Part shown: positions 29,694 to 39,756 of the stretch, piece by piece
Layout of the letters: the number at the start of each line of letters is the position of its first letter
Position numbering within the stretch: the first letter of the stretch is position 1
Source: Pseudobdellovibrionaceae bacterium
Lineage (GTDB): Bacteria > Bdellovibrionota > Bdellovibrionia > Bdellovibrionales > UBA1609
Reading direction: 5' to 3'
Length of the DNA stretch: 64,000 bases
Assembly: GCA_030591685.1 (NCBI GenBank)
Contig: JAUVAX010000003.1
Coordinates: 64,744-128,743 of the forward strand
Notes under the pieces: model-generated
Database searches by the model: none
Seen by the model: only the letters and a program-made list of their open reading frames with translations
Told to the model about the DNA's origin: nothing
Position numbers and translations under genes: made by a program

Positions 29694-32105
29694 ATGAGTT
29701 TTGATGATAATGTTCTAGAGGTTCCGGAATCTCTTCCAATGCTCCCCGTAAGAGATATAGTCGTTTTCCCTTACATGATATTACCTTTATATGTTGGGAG
29801 AGAATCCTCTATAAAAGCTGTAGAAGAATCCCTCTCTAAAAATCGGCTTATTTTTCTTGCCTCGCAAAAAGAAGTCACTGACGACAACCCTACAGAAAAC
29901 TCTATTTATACTGTTGGTACGATAGCAATGATTATGCGCATGCGAAAACTTTCAGATGGGCGTGTTAAAATTTTAATTCAAGGCGTATCCAAGGGCCGCA
30001 TTCTTTCCTTCAAACAGTCAGATCCAAATTTTGAAGTTCAAATTGAAAAAATACCAGACAATGAAACACTAGGTTCCCCTATAGAGTATGAGGCGATGAT
30101 CAGAAACGCTAAAGAGCAGCTCGAAAAAATTATCGCTCTTGGTCGCGCCCTGTCCCCTGATATTCTTTTAATTTTAGACGACATTACAGACCCCGGACGA
30201 CTTGCAGACCTCATTGCGAGCAATCTCGGACTAAAGGTTTCTGATGCGCAGATGGTTCTTGAAACGCCACACCCTAAGGACCGACTTAAACTTGTAAATG
30301 AAATATTGGCTAATGAGCTTGAAGTTTTACAAATGCAAACTCGCATAAGAAATACTGCAAAAGATGAAATGACAAAGAGTCAGCGTGAATATTTTTTACG
30401 TGAGCAAATGAGAGCAATAAAAAGTGAACTTGGTGAAGCCGACTCAAAGACAGAAGAGGTTGATGACATTCGAGAAAAAATAATGAATGTTGGCATGACC
30501 GAAGAAGTGCAAAAGGAAACCCTAAAGCAGCTTTCTCGTCTTGAAAAAATGCACCCTGACGCCAGTGAAGCCTCAATGGTTAGAACATATTTGGACTGGA
30601 TGACTGATCTCCCTTGGAACAAATCCACAAATGACCGTCTTGATTTAGATGAAGCACAAAAAATATTAGATGAAGATCACTACGACCTCACAAAGGCAAA
30701 GGATCGAATCATGGAGTTTCTTGCTGTTAGAAAGCTTAAAAACGACATGAAGGGCCCTATTTTATGTTTTGTTGGCCCTCCTGGAGTTGGTAAAACCTCT
30801 CTTGGAAAAAGTATCGCAAGAGCCATGGGGCGCGAATACCTTAGGATTTCTTTAGGAGGCATAAAAGATGAGGCCGAAATGCGTGGGCACAGAAGAACCT
30901 ATGTTGGGGCTATGCCTGGAAAAATTATTCAAGCCCTTAAGCAGGTTAAAAGCAATAACCCTGTATTGGTATTAGATGAGATTGACAAGCTCGGGAGTGA
31001 TTTTAGAGGAGACCCGAGTGCTGCTATGCTTGAAATTTTAGATCCTGAGCAGAACTCTACGTTTAGAGATAATTATTTAAATGTAGACTTTGATTTAAGT
31101 AATGTTTTGTTTGTTGCAACAGCAAATGTTTACGACAACATCCCCCCGGCGCTCAGAGATCGTATGGAGACTATTCATATTTCAGGTTATACTGAAAATG
31201 ACAAGGCCCTTATTGCCAGGGCCCATTTGGTTGACCGACAGATTGAGAACAATGGCCTTACAAAAGATCAAGTTACGTTTACAGATGAGGGGCTAGCTTT
31301 TTTAATTTCTCATTACACTCGTGAATCTGGACTTCGAAACCTGGAGCGCGAAATAGGATCTGTTTGCAGAAAAGTGGCTAAAAAAGTTATCCTTGAAAAA
31401 GCCAAACACCTTACAATTGATGAAGACCAGGTTGTAGAGCTTCTCGGGCCACCTCGGTTCTTACGTGACGAAGCCCTGAAGGAAAGCCAAGTGGGCATTG
31501 TTACAGGCCTTGCCTGGACCCAAGCCGGCGGCGAAACATTATTTGTCGAGGCTCTTGGCATGAAGGGTAAAGGGCGCTTAACTCTTACCGGTCAACTTGG
31601 GGACGTCATGAAGGAGTCTGCACAGGCGGCCTGGAGTTATGCCAAGTCCCATTATAAAGCTCTTGGCATTGCCAATGAGTGGTTTGAAAAACACGATGTA
31701 CATATACATTTGCCTTCAGGAGCCATTCCAAAAGATGGTCCTTCCGCGGGCATAACAATGACAACAGCACTTATCAGCCTAATGACCAACCGCCCAGTAC
31801 GACATGATATTGCTATGACTGGCGAAGTCACCTTGGCCGGACGAGTCCTCCCTATAGGAGGCGTTAAAGAAAAGGCCCTTGCGGCCCTCACCCAAGGAAT
31901 AACAAACATTATACTACCTCTGGGCAATAAAAAGGACATTTCAGATATTCCAGAAGAATTCAAATCAAAGCTTAACTTCCTTTTTGTAGATAATTTAGAC
32001 GAAGTTGTGGCTCTGGCCTTTGATAAAAAACGAAGCAAAAAGAAGGTCACAGGATCAAAAAGTGGGAAAAAACCAAAAACTCCAGCGGCTGCTTCGGCCG
32101 CCTAG
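29694..32105 (+). CDS. lon: ATP-dependent Lon protease (LonA)
   Basis: LPMLPVRDIVVFPYMILPLYVGR (LON N-domain), Walker A GPPGVGKTS, LDEIDK, and the protease site PKDGPSAGITM. ATG 29694 has GGAGG upstream and is preferred over GTG 29682. Confidence 0.95.
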   Translation: MSFDDNVLEVPESLPMLPVRDIVVFPYMILPLYVGRESSIKAVEESLSKNRLIFLASQKEVTDDNPTENSIYTVGTIAMIMRMRKLSDGRVKILIQGVSKGRILSFKQSDPNFEVQIEKIPDNETLGSPIEYEAMIRNAKEQLEKIIALGRALSPDILLILDDITDPGRLADLIASNLGLKVSDAQMVLETPHPKDRLKLVNEILANELEVLQMQTRIRNTAKDEMTKSQREYFLREQMRAIKSELGEADSKTEEVDDIREKIMNVGMTEEVQKETLKQLSRLEKMHPDASEASMVRTYLDWMTDLPWNKSTNDRLDLDEAQKILDEDHYDLTKAKDRIMEFLAVRKLKNDMKGPILCFVGPPGVGKTSLGKSIARAMGREYLRISLGGIKDEAEMRGHRRTYVGAMPGKIIQALKQVKSNNPVLVLDEIDKLGSDFRGDPSAAMLEILDPEQNSTFRDNYLNVDFDLSNVLFVATANVYDNIPPALRDRMETIHISGYTENDKALIARAHLVDRQIENNGLTKDQVTFTDEGLAFLISHYTRESGLRNLEREIGSVCRKVAKKVILEKAKHLTIDEDQVVELLGPPRFLRDEALKESQVGIVTGLAWTQAGGETLFVEALGMKGKGRLTLTGQLGDVMKESAQAAWSYAKSHYKALGIANEWFEKHDVHIHLPSGAIPKDGPSAGITMTTALISLMTNRPVRHDIAMTGEVTLAGRVLPIGGVKEKALAALTQGITNIILPLGNKKDISDIPEEFKSKLNFLFVDNLDEVVALAFDKKRSKKKVTGSKSGKKPKTPAAASAA

Positions 32106-32129
32106 TACAATTCAAAGTTTAATAGTTGA

Positions 32130-32167
32130 AAAGCTTAAGGTTCATTAGCCTTGAGCTTTTTTATTTT
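32130..32167 (+). terminator. Rho-independent terminator after lon (possibly bidirectional)
   Basis: AAAGCTTAAGG-ttcattag-CCTTGAGCTTT: an 11-bp stem with one G:U, followed by TTTATTTT. Lies between convergent lon and the 32187..32678 gene. Confidence 0.6.
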
Positions 32168-32186
32168 AAAGTACGTTTTTCTTGTT

Positions 32187-32678
32187 TTAATTATCTAACT
32201 CAAGCCACGAAGACGGTCTGTTTTGAGCCTTCGCAGAAGAGGAGGCATTTGCCTCAGCATGTTTTGATTCTAGTACGCGAATAAGTGTTTTAAGATCTGC
32301 TATTTCACTTTTGTAAATGAGTACCTGTTCTTCTTTTTCTTCTAGAACTTTTATATAAGCTCTTTTAAGCTCATCCATCATTTTTTCTACAACATTAAAA
32401 ATATTTTGTGACGACATGTCGCCCTTTAACCTCGTTAAGTTCCCAGGCCCTATTTTTTTTGACGACAACTTTTGTGGGGAGGCGGCATCTTTTTTAGGGT
32501 CTGGGTCTATAACTTTTAAAGGAGTATGGTTTTGAAGGTCTAAATCTCTAAGCCAGTACTTTCCGTCTTCAAACAAAACTTCAGCTGTATTCGCCTTAAT
32601 TTTGCGCCTTAAAGTCGAAACACTGACTTTAAACTTACTTGAGTACTCTGCTAAGGTTATCCATCCACTTCTTGCCAT
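32187..32678 (-). CDS. Putative DNA-binding protein: N-terminal helix-turn-helix plus C-terminal coiled coil
   Basis: WITLAEYSSKFKVSVSTLRRKIKANT resembles MerR/excisionase-type HTH. A low-complexity linker follows, then the heptad-rich MDELKRAYIKVLEEKEEQVLIYKSEIADLKTLIRVLES. 163 aa. Confidence 0.55.
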   Translation of the reverse strand: MARSGWITLAEYSSKFKVSVSTLRRKIKANTAEVLFEDGKYWLRDLDLQNHTPLKVIDPDPKKDAASPQKLSSKKIGPGNLTRLKGDMSSQNIFNVVEKMMDELKRAYIKVLEEKEEQVLIYKSEIADLKTLIRVLESKHAEANASSSAKAQNRPSSWLELDN

Positions 32679-33163
32679 ACTTATGTTGCCCTCCTGGGCT
32701 GACTAATCAAACCTATCACAACTTTTTTATATGTAAAGCCTGAGTACCCAAAAGACGGCAAAAACCAGACCAATTCCTAGTATTTATAAGGCTTTCCTGG
32801 ACTTTAATCTATGCGTGACTAGTCGTAAACACGACCAATAAGACTAGAGAAAACCTGTTTATTACTTTATGAGTACTCAAAAGTATAACTCTCTCGTGGG
32901 CGCGTCGCGTTGTTTTTGACTGAGCCGCCGTTTATTACCGGTGTTTACTTCCGCGGTTGTGTTGATCACCGCGTTGCCCATGCCCTTTGGTTTATTATTA
33001 ATTCACTGATACAGACAGTTTTTTGATCATCAGTGCGTTGAGTTTTTTTTGCGGCCTAAAAAAAGTCTCTTATTAAGGGGCGTTACTTATGGCTCTCCTA
33101 TAAAAAATAAAACAATGGCTTAATGATTTTTGACCCTTAACCATTTGCCATGTAAAATAACCT

Positions 33164-34378
33164 ATGCGAATTAAGGATAAAAAACACCCCGCTCTGGTTC
33201 TTAGCGGTGGCGGCATAAAGGCAGCGGCCTTTCATATTGGGGTTTGCTTGGCTCTTAAAGAGCTCGGGTTTTCTTTTGCAGGTGGCTCCAAGGCACAGGT
33301 AGATGAACTTTATTCTGATACCGAAATGACCTTTAAAACTTATGTTGGCTCTAGTGCCGGGGCCATCATAGGCACCTTTTTGGCGTCAGGGTATAGTATT
33401 GAGGCCATAATTCAGGCCTTCTTAAAGGGTGCTGGGCTTAATGAGGTCGCCAAAAAACGTAAACACGTGGCGGTCGAAAACCCTCTAACCCCCTTATCTT
33501 ACAGAAATATTTTTGCACTAAACCTCGACGCAAACACTCCTACCCGATTTTTACCCAATTTTTTTAAAAAAAAACCAATCATGACCGGGGGCCTAGAGGT
33601 ATTATTAAAAACGGGATTTAAAGTAAATGGTATTTTCTCAATGAAGAATCTCGAAAAATACCTGCGCGAAGAAGTTGTGGATGACAATTCCTTCTCATCT
33701 CTCGGCGTTGATCTTTATGTTGTTGCCACCCAACTTAACCATACAAGAAAGGTCATCTTCGGTCACTTCGACGACACCGTAAAGACAAACACTATTAAAT
33801 ATGCTCATTACGCTAAAATTAGCGAGTCCGTTGCGGCCTCTGCGAGCCTACCTCCTATTTTTTGTCCTTACGGCATTGAGCGAGAGGACGGCAAGACTAT
33901 TTATTTTTTTGATGGCGAAATTCGTGACACCCTTAGCACTCATGTTGCCTCTGACCACGGCGCTGACCTTGTGATTGCCTCGTATTCAATACAGCCCTAT
34001 CATTATAATGACGTCATGGGGTCTTTACATAAATACGGGATGCCCCTTATTTTCAACCAAGCTCTTTACCAAGCTGTTGAGCAAAAAATAAGTAAACATA
34101 TACACCATAAAAAAGAAATTAAATCCCTTATTGATACCGTTAACGGCTACTTAAAAGAAATTGATTTACCCCTGGCCCAAAGAGATAAGCTCATGGACAT
34201 ACTTATCTCTAAAACTCACTATAAGCCAAATGTTGATTATGTTTACATTCACCCTGACCCACAGGACCATAAAATGTTTTTTTATGATCACTTTAGTTTA
34301 AATCCTGAAGTCCTGACACATATAGTGCGCACGGGCTTCAAGTGCGCCATGGGAAGATTAAGAAACTTAAACCTGTGA
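33164..34378 (+). CDS. Patatin-like phospholipase
   Basis: Oxyanion-hole LVLSGGGIKAAAF, nucleophile elbow GSSAGA (GxSxG), catalytic Asp FFDGEIRD. 404 aa. Confidence 0.85.
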   Translation: MRIKDKKHPALVLSGGGIKAAAFHIGVCLALKELGFSFAGGSKAQVDELYSDTEMTFKTYVGSSAGAIIGTFLASGYSIEAIIQAFLKGAGLNEVAKKRKHVAVENPLTPLSYRNIFALNLDANTPTRFLPNFFKKKPIMTGGLEVLLKTGFKVNGIFSMKNLEKYLREEVVDDNSFSSLGVDLYVVATQLNHTRKVIFGHFDDTVKTNTIKYAHYAKISESVAASASLPPIFCPYGIEREDGKTIYFFDGEIRDTLSTHVASDHGADLVIASYSIQPYHYNDVMGSLHKYGMPLIFNQALYQAVEQKISKHIHHKKEIKSLIDTVNGYLKEIDLPLAQRDKLMDILISKTHYKPNVDYVYIHPDPQDHKMFFYDHFSLNPEVLTHIVRTGFKCAMGRLRNLNL

Positions 34379-34407
34379 AAAGAGCACCCTTAAAACGCTT
34401 AATGTTT

Positions 34408-35904
34408 TTAGAAAATCGTCTTAATCGCACTCTGAATGTGCAAGTAAAATGGGTTAGATACAAAGCCTATTACCAAAACTAAAATAGCTGTTATAAAAAT
34501 AATGTTTTGAGTTCCTAGCCTTGAGGGCTCAACATCAACCCCTTGTTCGTCCGACATAAACATGACAACAAGAGGACGCAAGTAAAAGTAAACACTTATT
34601 ACAGACCCTATAACACCCCACGCGACCACCCAATAGAACCCCTCGCTAATGGCTGCCGAAAATAAATAAAACTTTCCAAAAAAGCCAACGGTTGGTGGAA
34701 TCCCCGCTAAACTTAGTAAAAGAACTGAAAAACTAAGTGCAATATAGGGCCGCCTTGAGGCCATGCCGCGAAGGTCAGAGATCATAAGCGCACTCTCGTG
34801 TGATTTTTCAAGAAAACTTAAAAAGGAAAAGGCACCAAAGGTCATTATCACGTATGAAAAAAGGTAAAACAATACACTGGAAGCACCTAATACCTGTCCG
34901 TCACTGGAGCTTACAGCCAACAGACCGATAAGCACGTACCCTGAGTGCGCAACACTTGAGTAAGCCAACATTCTTTTTAAATTGTCCTGCCTGAGTGCCG
35001 CGATGTTTCCCACTAAAATTGTTACAACGGCCATCCACTGTAAAACTTGAAGAAAAACAGCTGCCTCTTGAAACTGTAAAACCTGGGTGGCAATAAGCCT
35101 CAATAGCGCAACAAACGCGACAAGCTTTACTCCGGTTGCCATAAAGGCCACAAGGGGTGTTGATGACCCTTGGTACACGTCCGGAGTCCACGAGTAAAAA
35201 GGAAACAATGACACTTTAAATGCCAACCCAAAAAGCACAAAAGAAAGCCCTAGTAAAAAATACCCGTTTGATAATAATGTCGCATTTATTTGAGTTATGA
35301 GCTCCGGCAAGTAAACTGTCCCTGCGGCACCATAAATAAATGCAATTCCGTAAACGAGTATTGCCGAGGCAAAGCTGCCTAAAACAAAATACTTTAAGGC
35401 CGCCTCTTTGGACAGTTTTAGTTCCATGCTCATCGCAACAAGTATATATAAACATAGTGACATCATTTCGATTCCAACAAACATCACTAACAAATTATTG
35501 GCCCACAGGACCGTCAACATACCGACGGCGGCGTTCATTAATAAAAACACGGCCTCACTCAATTGATTTTTATTTATAGACGGGCTTTCTTTTGCTAACA
35601 CAATTGTAAACCCTAAGCACAAAGAGACTAAAATCCCTGCTAAAACAGAAACTCCATCCATAACAAGGGCGCCGCTAAATAATAATTTACTTGAAATCCC
35701 TTTAGATAAAAACTCAGCTCCGACGCCCGCACTAGCCCCTGCAGCAATAAGCGCCCCCAGCATAGGTGTTAAAAAATTATAGATCTTTCCGGGCTCTTTG
35801 TTTTTATTAAATACTTTCACAAGCACCGGAACAAGGCTTACTGTAAATAGAATAATAAGTGGCAAAATGTATTTAATGTCCACGGCATCAAAGCTTAAAT
35901 TCAT
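34408..35904 (-). CDS. nuoN: NADH-quinone oxidoreductase subunit N
   Basis: 498-aa antiporter-like polytopic protein. Last gene of the nuo cluster, with a 4-nt overlap with nuoM. Confidence 0.85.
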   Translation of the reverse strand: MNLSFDAVDIKYILPLIILFTVSLVPVLVKVFNKNKEPGKIYNFLTPMLGALIAAGASAGVGAEFLSKGISSKLLFSGALVMDGVSVLAGILVSLCLGFTIVLAKESPSINKNQLSEAVFLLMNAAVGMLTVLWANNLLVMFVGIEMMSLCLYILVAMSMELKLSKEAALKYFVLGSFASAILVYGIAFIYGAAGTVYLPELITQINATLLSNGYFLLGLSFVLFGLAFKVSLFPFYSWTPDVYQGSSTPLVAFMATGVKLVAFVALLRLIATQVLQFQEAAVFLQVLQWMAVVTILVGNIAALRQDNLKRMLAYSSVAHSGYVLIGLLAVSSSDGQVLGASSVLFYLFSYVIMTFGAFSFLSFLEKSHESALMISDLRGMASRRPYIALSFSVLLLSLAGIPPTVGFFGKFYLFSAAISEGFYWVVAWGVIGSVISVYFYLRPLVVMFMSDEQGVDVEPSRLGTQNIIFITAILVLVIGFVSNPFYLHIQSAIKTIF

Positions 35905-37469
35905 CTTGTTACCCTCGTGCTTTTATATTTAATTGTGGCCACCTTTTTTTGACGTCCCTCAATTTTTAAATAATATCCCTGCTTAGCATTAATCATATGG
36001 TCAACACTCGCCTTCGTGTATTTTATAAAATGACCAGGAAAAAGGCCCATCCAAAAAATCAAGACAACAACCGGCAAAAGCGTCATCACTTCAGTTTTGT
36101 TTAAATCTAAATTTTTGCCCTGAAAGTCTTTAATGAGCTTTCCAGGAGGGCCAAAGAACACTTTTTTAACCATCCAGAGCATATAACAAGCCCCCAATAC
36201 AACACCGGTAACCGCCAGTATTGCATAAGCCTTATTGACCATAAAGGTCCCCATTAATATTAAATATTCACCAACAAAACCATTTGTCATGGGCACCGCT
36301 ATGCTTGAAAGAGTGACTATGATAAAAAATATTGAAAATATCGGGGCTACGACGGCCAATCCCCCGTACTCTTTTATTTCCCTTGAATGGGTTCTTTCAT
36401 ATATCATTCCAACTAACAAAAACAAAGCGCCTGTACTAATGCCATGACTAAGCATTTGAAATATGCTGCCCGTAAGACCGTGGGCATTCAAAGTAAATAG
36501 ACCCATCACAACATACCCCATATGAGATACTGAGGAGTAAGCTACTAATTTTTTCATGTCCGGCTGAACCATTGCCACAAGAGCGCCATATATTATGCCG
36601 ACAACGCCAAGAGCTAAAAATATCCAACCCCACTCTGCTGTCGCCTCCGGAAACAAAGGCAAACAAAACCTTAACAGTCCATATGTACCCATTTTTAACA
36701 TAACACCTGCAAGAATTACAGATCCCGGCGTTGGCGCCTGAACATGGGCATCTGGCAACCAAGTATGAAAAGGAAACAAGGGAACTTTTATCGCAAAGGC
36801 CAGCGCAAAGCCAAAAAACAAAAGCGTCTGTGTGCTTAAAAACTGACCCGGTAAAAAATTTAAATCTAACTTGTAAAAATCAAGTAGGCTTGAGCTCATT
36901 TGACCTAGCTGGCCCTCTGCCAAAACCATTAAAGTAATAATAGACAGTAGCATAAAAACAGAGCCCAGCATCGTGTATATAAAAAACTTAGTGGCTGCAT
37001 AAATTTTGTTTTTCCCTCCCCAAATGCCAATTATAAAATACATAGGTATAAGTGAGGCCTCAAAAAATACATAAAATAAAATCGCGTCCATGGCTAAAAA
37101 AGTGCCTATCATTGTTGTTGCAAGCACAAAAATCGAAACATGAAACCCTCTTGTCTTTTTTTGAATAGAGGTCCATCCACCTAAAATTGTAATGGGCGTT
37201 AAAAAGGTTGTTAAAATCACAAGCCAAATAGAAATCCCATCAACGCCTAAAAAATATGAGATACCCGCAGACTGCACCCATGGCGTTTGTTCAACAAACT
37301 GTAGGCCGGCAGAAGAAATATCAAATTTTACTAATAAAACGATGCTCACAAAAAAATGTACTATAGAGAGGCCTAATGAAACTGGGCGCACATGTTTTTC
37401 GTTGGGTAAAAACCACACCACGAGAGCAAACAGTATTGGTAAAAATGTAATCACAGACAATAAATTCAT
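35901..37469 (-). CDS. nuoM: NADH-quinone oxidoreductase subunit M
   Basis: 522 aa. KVPLFPFHTWLPDAHVQAPTPGSVILAGVMLKMGTYGLLRF is the NuoM/ND4 signature. Confidence 0.9.
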   Translation of the reverse strand: MNLLSVITFLPILFALVVWFLPNEKHVRPVSLGLSIVHFFVSIVLLVKFDISSAGLQFVEQTPWVQSAGISYFLGVDGISIWLVILTTFLTPITILGGWTSIQKKTRGFHVSIFVLATTMIGTFLAMDAILFYVFFEASLIPMYFIIGIWGGKNKIYAATKFFIYTMLGSVFMLLSIITLMVLAEGQLGQMSSSLLDFYKLDLNFLPGQFLSTQTLLFFGFALAFAIKVPLFPFHTWLPDAHVQAPTPGSVILAGVMLKMGTYGLLRFCLPLFPEATAEWGWIFLALGVVGIIYGALVAMVQPDMKKLVAYSSVSHMGYVVMGLFTLNAHGLTGSIFQMLSHGISTGALFLLVGMIYERTHSREIKEYGGLAVVAPIFSIFFIIVTLSSIAVPMTNGFVGEYLILMGTFMVNKAYAILAVTGVVLGACYMLWMVKKVFFGPPGKLIKDFQGKNLDLNKTEVMTLLPVVVLIFWMGLFPGHFIKYTKASVDHMINAKQGYYLKIEGRQKKVATIKYKSTRVTR

Positions 37470-37473
37470 TTTT

Positions 37474-39414
37474 TTATCCCATCAATATAAAGCTCAACAT
37501 TACAACAACACCAATGGCAATATACATAGCATACTGCTGTAGGTTTCCATTTTGGAGCGACCCAAAGAGCCGCCCTATACTTTTCACAAAATCGCTCGCA
37601 ATATAAGTCAATTTATCTACAAAATTAACGTCAACATAAACCCATAGCCCCTTTGAAATATCAATAAGCGGATTAATAATTCGGCCAAAATAGAGTTCAT
37701 CAATTAAGTACTTATTTAAAACCAAACCGTGCAGCCTTGGAAACGCCTTCACACATTTTTCTGGAATGTCTGTTTTTACAATATAGGCTGTATAGGCAAA
37801 ATACCCACTGATCGCGACTACAGAAACAGAAATGCCCATAAGTGACCACTCAACAACGGCTGATGTTGTTATTAAATTCGCCGTGGCTAACGCCGGCTCT
37901 AGCCAATGGCCTAAAATGTTGGGCGGATGCCCTGGTAAAATAGCTGAGATAACGTGAGGAATCCCAATCCACCCACCAACAACAGACAAAACACCCAAAA
38001 CAATTAAAGGAAACGTCATGCTCGCGGGGGACTCATGGGGGTGCGTCCCCTCTGGAACTCGGCTCTTTCCCCAAAACACTAAGCACATAAGCCGAGTCAT
38101 ATAAAAAGCCGTCATACCTGCGCCTAAAACCCCAACAACCCACAGCCACTTGCTGCCCTGAGTGCTTGCGTAGGTAAACCATAGTATTTCATCTTTGCTA
38201 AAAAATCCGCTAAACCCTGGCACGCCAATAATGGCCAACCAACCCAGCGTAAAGGTCGCGCTTGTAATGGGCATTGCTTTCTTAAGGGCTCCCATCTTTC
38301 TAATGTCTTGCTCTTCGCCCATGGCGTGAATAACACTGCCTGAGCCTAAAAACATGAGCGCTTTAAAAAAAGCATGAGTCATCAGGTGAAACATCGCGGG
38401 CATAAAAGCGCCGACCCCAACTCCTAAAAACATATAACCCAGTTGTGAAACGGTCGAGTAGGCGAGGATTTTTTTAATATCCCACTGGGTCATGCCAATG
38501 GTTGCTGCGAAAAATGCCGTTAAGCCCCCGACAACAGCAATAATAGTCATAACCTGCGGTGCCGCCATGTATACAAAGCTTAAACGAACAATCATATAAA
38601 CACCGGCCGTCACCATTGTTGCCGCATGAATCAACGCCGAAACAGGCGTTGGCCCCGCCATGGCGTCTGGCAACCATACGTATAGGGGTATTTGTGCAGA
38701 TTTTCCGCAGGCCCCAACAAACAAACAAATACAGGCTAAAACTAAAGGGTGAGACCAACCGAGCGGACCCGATGCGGCCAAGTCTGTTGCCAAAGTGTTT
38801 AACGAGGAAAATTCAATTGTTGAAAATTGCACGTACAAAAAGAAAATCCCAAGTAAAAACCCGGCATCTCCTATTCTGTTTACAATAAAGGCCTTCATGC
38901 CTGCGGCTGCCTTTTCTTGATCTGTAAACCAAAATCCAATAAGCAGGTATGAGCACAGTCCAACGCCCTCCCAGCCAACAAACATAATAAGCAGGTTGTC
39001 GCCCAGAACAAGCAATAGCATGTTGAAAATAAATAAATTTAAATAAGCGAAGTACTTACTCGGCCTGTCGTCGTGGCTCATGTAGCCAATGCTAAAAATA
39101 TGAATTAACAAGCCAACGCCAGTAATTACTAAAATCATAATTGCGCTGATTTGGTCGACAACAAAGGCGGCGTTGGCATTAAACCCTGCCACTTCTATCC
39201 AGTTATAAAAATGAACGTGGATGGCTCTTGATGCCTCCGGCATGGCAACTAACTTTATCACCAAAACAACAGAGCATATAAAAGACACGCCAATAGCAAC
39301 ACTCGCCACGGCCCCTGCTAATTTATAGTTTTTATTTTTGAACCGCAGCCCGTTAAATAAAAACCCAAAAATAGGAGCCAATAATAAAACTGCAAACAAA
39401 AAAGAATCGTTCAT
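37474..39414 (-). CDS. nuoL: NADH-quinone oxidoreductase subunit L
   Basis: 646 aa. GWEGVGLCSYLLIGFW, KSAQIPLYVWLPDAMAGPTPVSALIHAATMVTAGVY. The long C-terminal region is consistent with the lateral helix. Confidence 0.9.
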   Translation of the reverse strand: MNDSFLFAVLLLAPIFGFLFNGLRFKNKNYKLAGAVASVAIGVSFICSVVLVIKLVAMPEASRAIHVHFYNWIEVAGFNANAAFVVDQISAIMILVITGVGLLIHIFSIGYMSHDDRPSKYFAYLNLFIFNMLLLVLGDNLLIMFVGWEGVGLCSYLLIGFWFTDQEKAAAGMKAFIVNRIGDAGFLLGIFFLYVQFSTIEFSSLNTLATDLAASGPLGWSHPLVLACICLFVGACGKSAQIPLYVWLPDAMAGPTPVSALIHAATMVTAGVYMIVRLSFVYMAAPQVMTIIAVVGGLTAFFAATIGMTQWDIKKILAYSTVSQLGYMFLGVGVGAFMPAMFHLMTHAFFKALMFLGSGSVIHAMGEEQDIRKMGALKKAMPITSATFTLGWLAIIGVPGFSGFFSKDEILWFTYASTQGSKWLWVVGVLGAGMTAFYMTRLMCLVFWGKSRVPEGTHPHESPASMTFPLIVLGVLSVVGGWIGIPHVISAILPGHPPNILGHWLEPALATANLITTSAVVEWSLMGISVSVVAISGYFAYTAYIVKTDIPEKCVKAFPRLHGLVLNKYLIDELYFGRIINPLIDISKGLWVYVDVNFVDKLTYIASDFVKSIGRLFGSLQNGNLQQYAMYIAIGVVVMLSFILMG

Positions 39415-39432
39415 TTTTTTATGCCTCTTCGC

Positions 39433-39756
39433 CTAACTCTTAAGTTGTTCAAATGCGGATATATCAATTTCTTTATAATGCTTAAATATAGTCACGGCCA
39501 GGGCCAGGCCTACGGCCGCCTCGGCAGCAGCAATGGCCATCACAAAAAACACCATCACCTGGCCGTTCATGTTTTGATTAAAACTACTAAACGCGACAAA
39601 GGTTATGTTCACAGCATTTAACATCAGCTCAACGCCCATAAGCATAACAATAAGGTTGCGCCTTAATAAAACTGTTAGCATGCCTATCACAAAAATAACG
39701 GCAGAAAGCCCCAGGTAGTGGTTCAGCCCTATGTGTAACAATTCACTACTCAGCAT
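39433..39756 (-). CDS. nuoK: NADH-quinone oxidoreductase subunit K
   Basis: 107 aa, three TM segments. LMGVELMLNAVNITFV and AIAAAEAAVGLALAV are NuoK/ND4L motifs. Confidence 0.9.
   Translation of the reverse strand: MLSSELLHIGLNHYLGLSAVIFVIGMLTVLLRRNLIVMLMGVELMLNAVNITFVAFSSFNQNMNGQVMVFFVMAIAAAEAAVGLALAVTIFKHYKEIDISAFEQLKS

Noticed and set aside
32754-32812. Possible c-di-GMP-I (GEMM) riboswitch in the long intergenic region (ACGGCAAAAACC...GGCTTTCCTGG)
   Set aside because: There is only a loose resemblance to the GGCAAACC element. The conserved ACGCAAAGCC segment and the paired P1/P2 tetraloop-receptor architecture are not present on either strand.
33164-34378. Patatin gene as a possible CBASS-type (CapV-like) defence effector
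   Set aside because: No cyclic-oligonucleotide synthase (CD-NTase), Cap2/Cap3 or other defence partner is adjacent. The neighbours are nuoN and an HTH protein. A stand-alone housekeeping or virulence lipase is the simpler reading.
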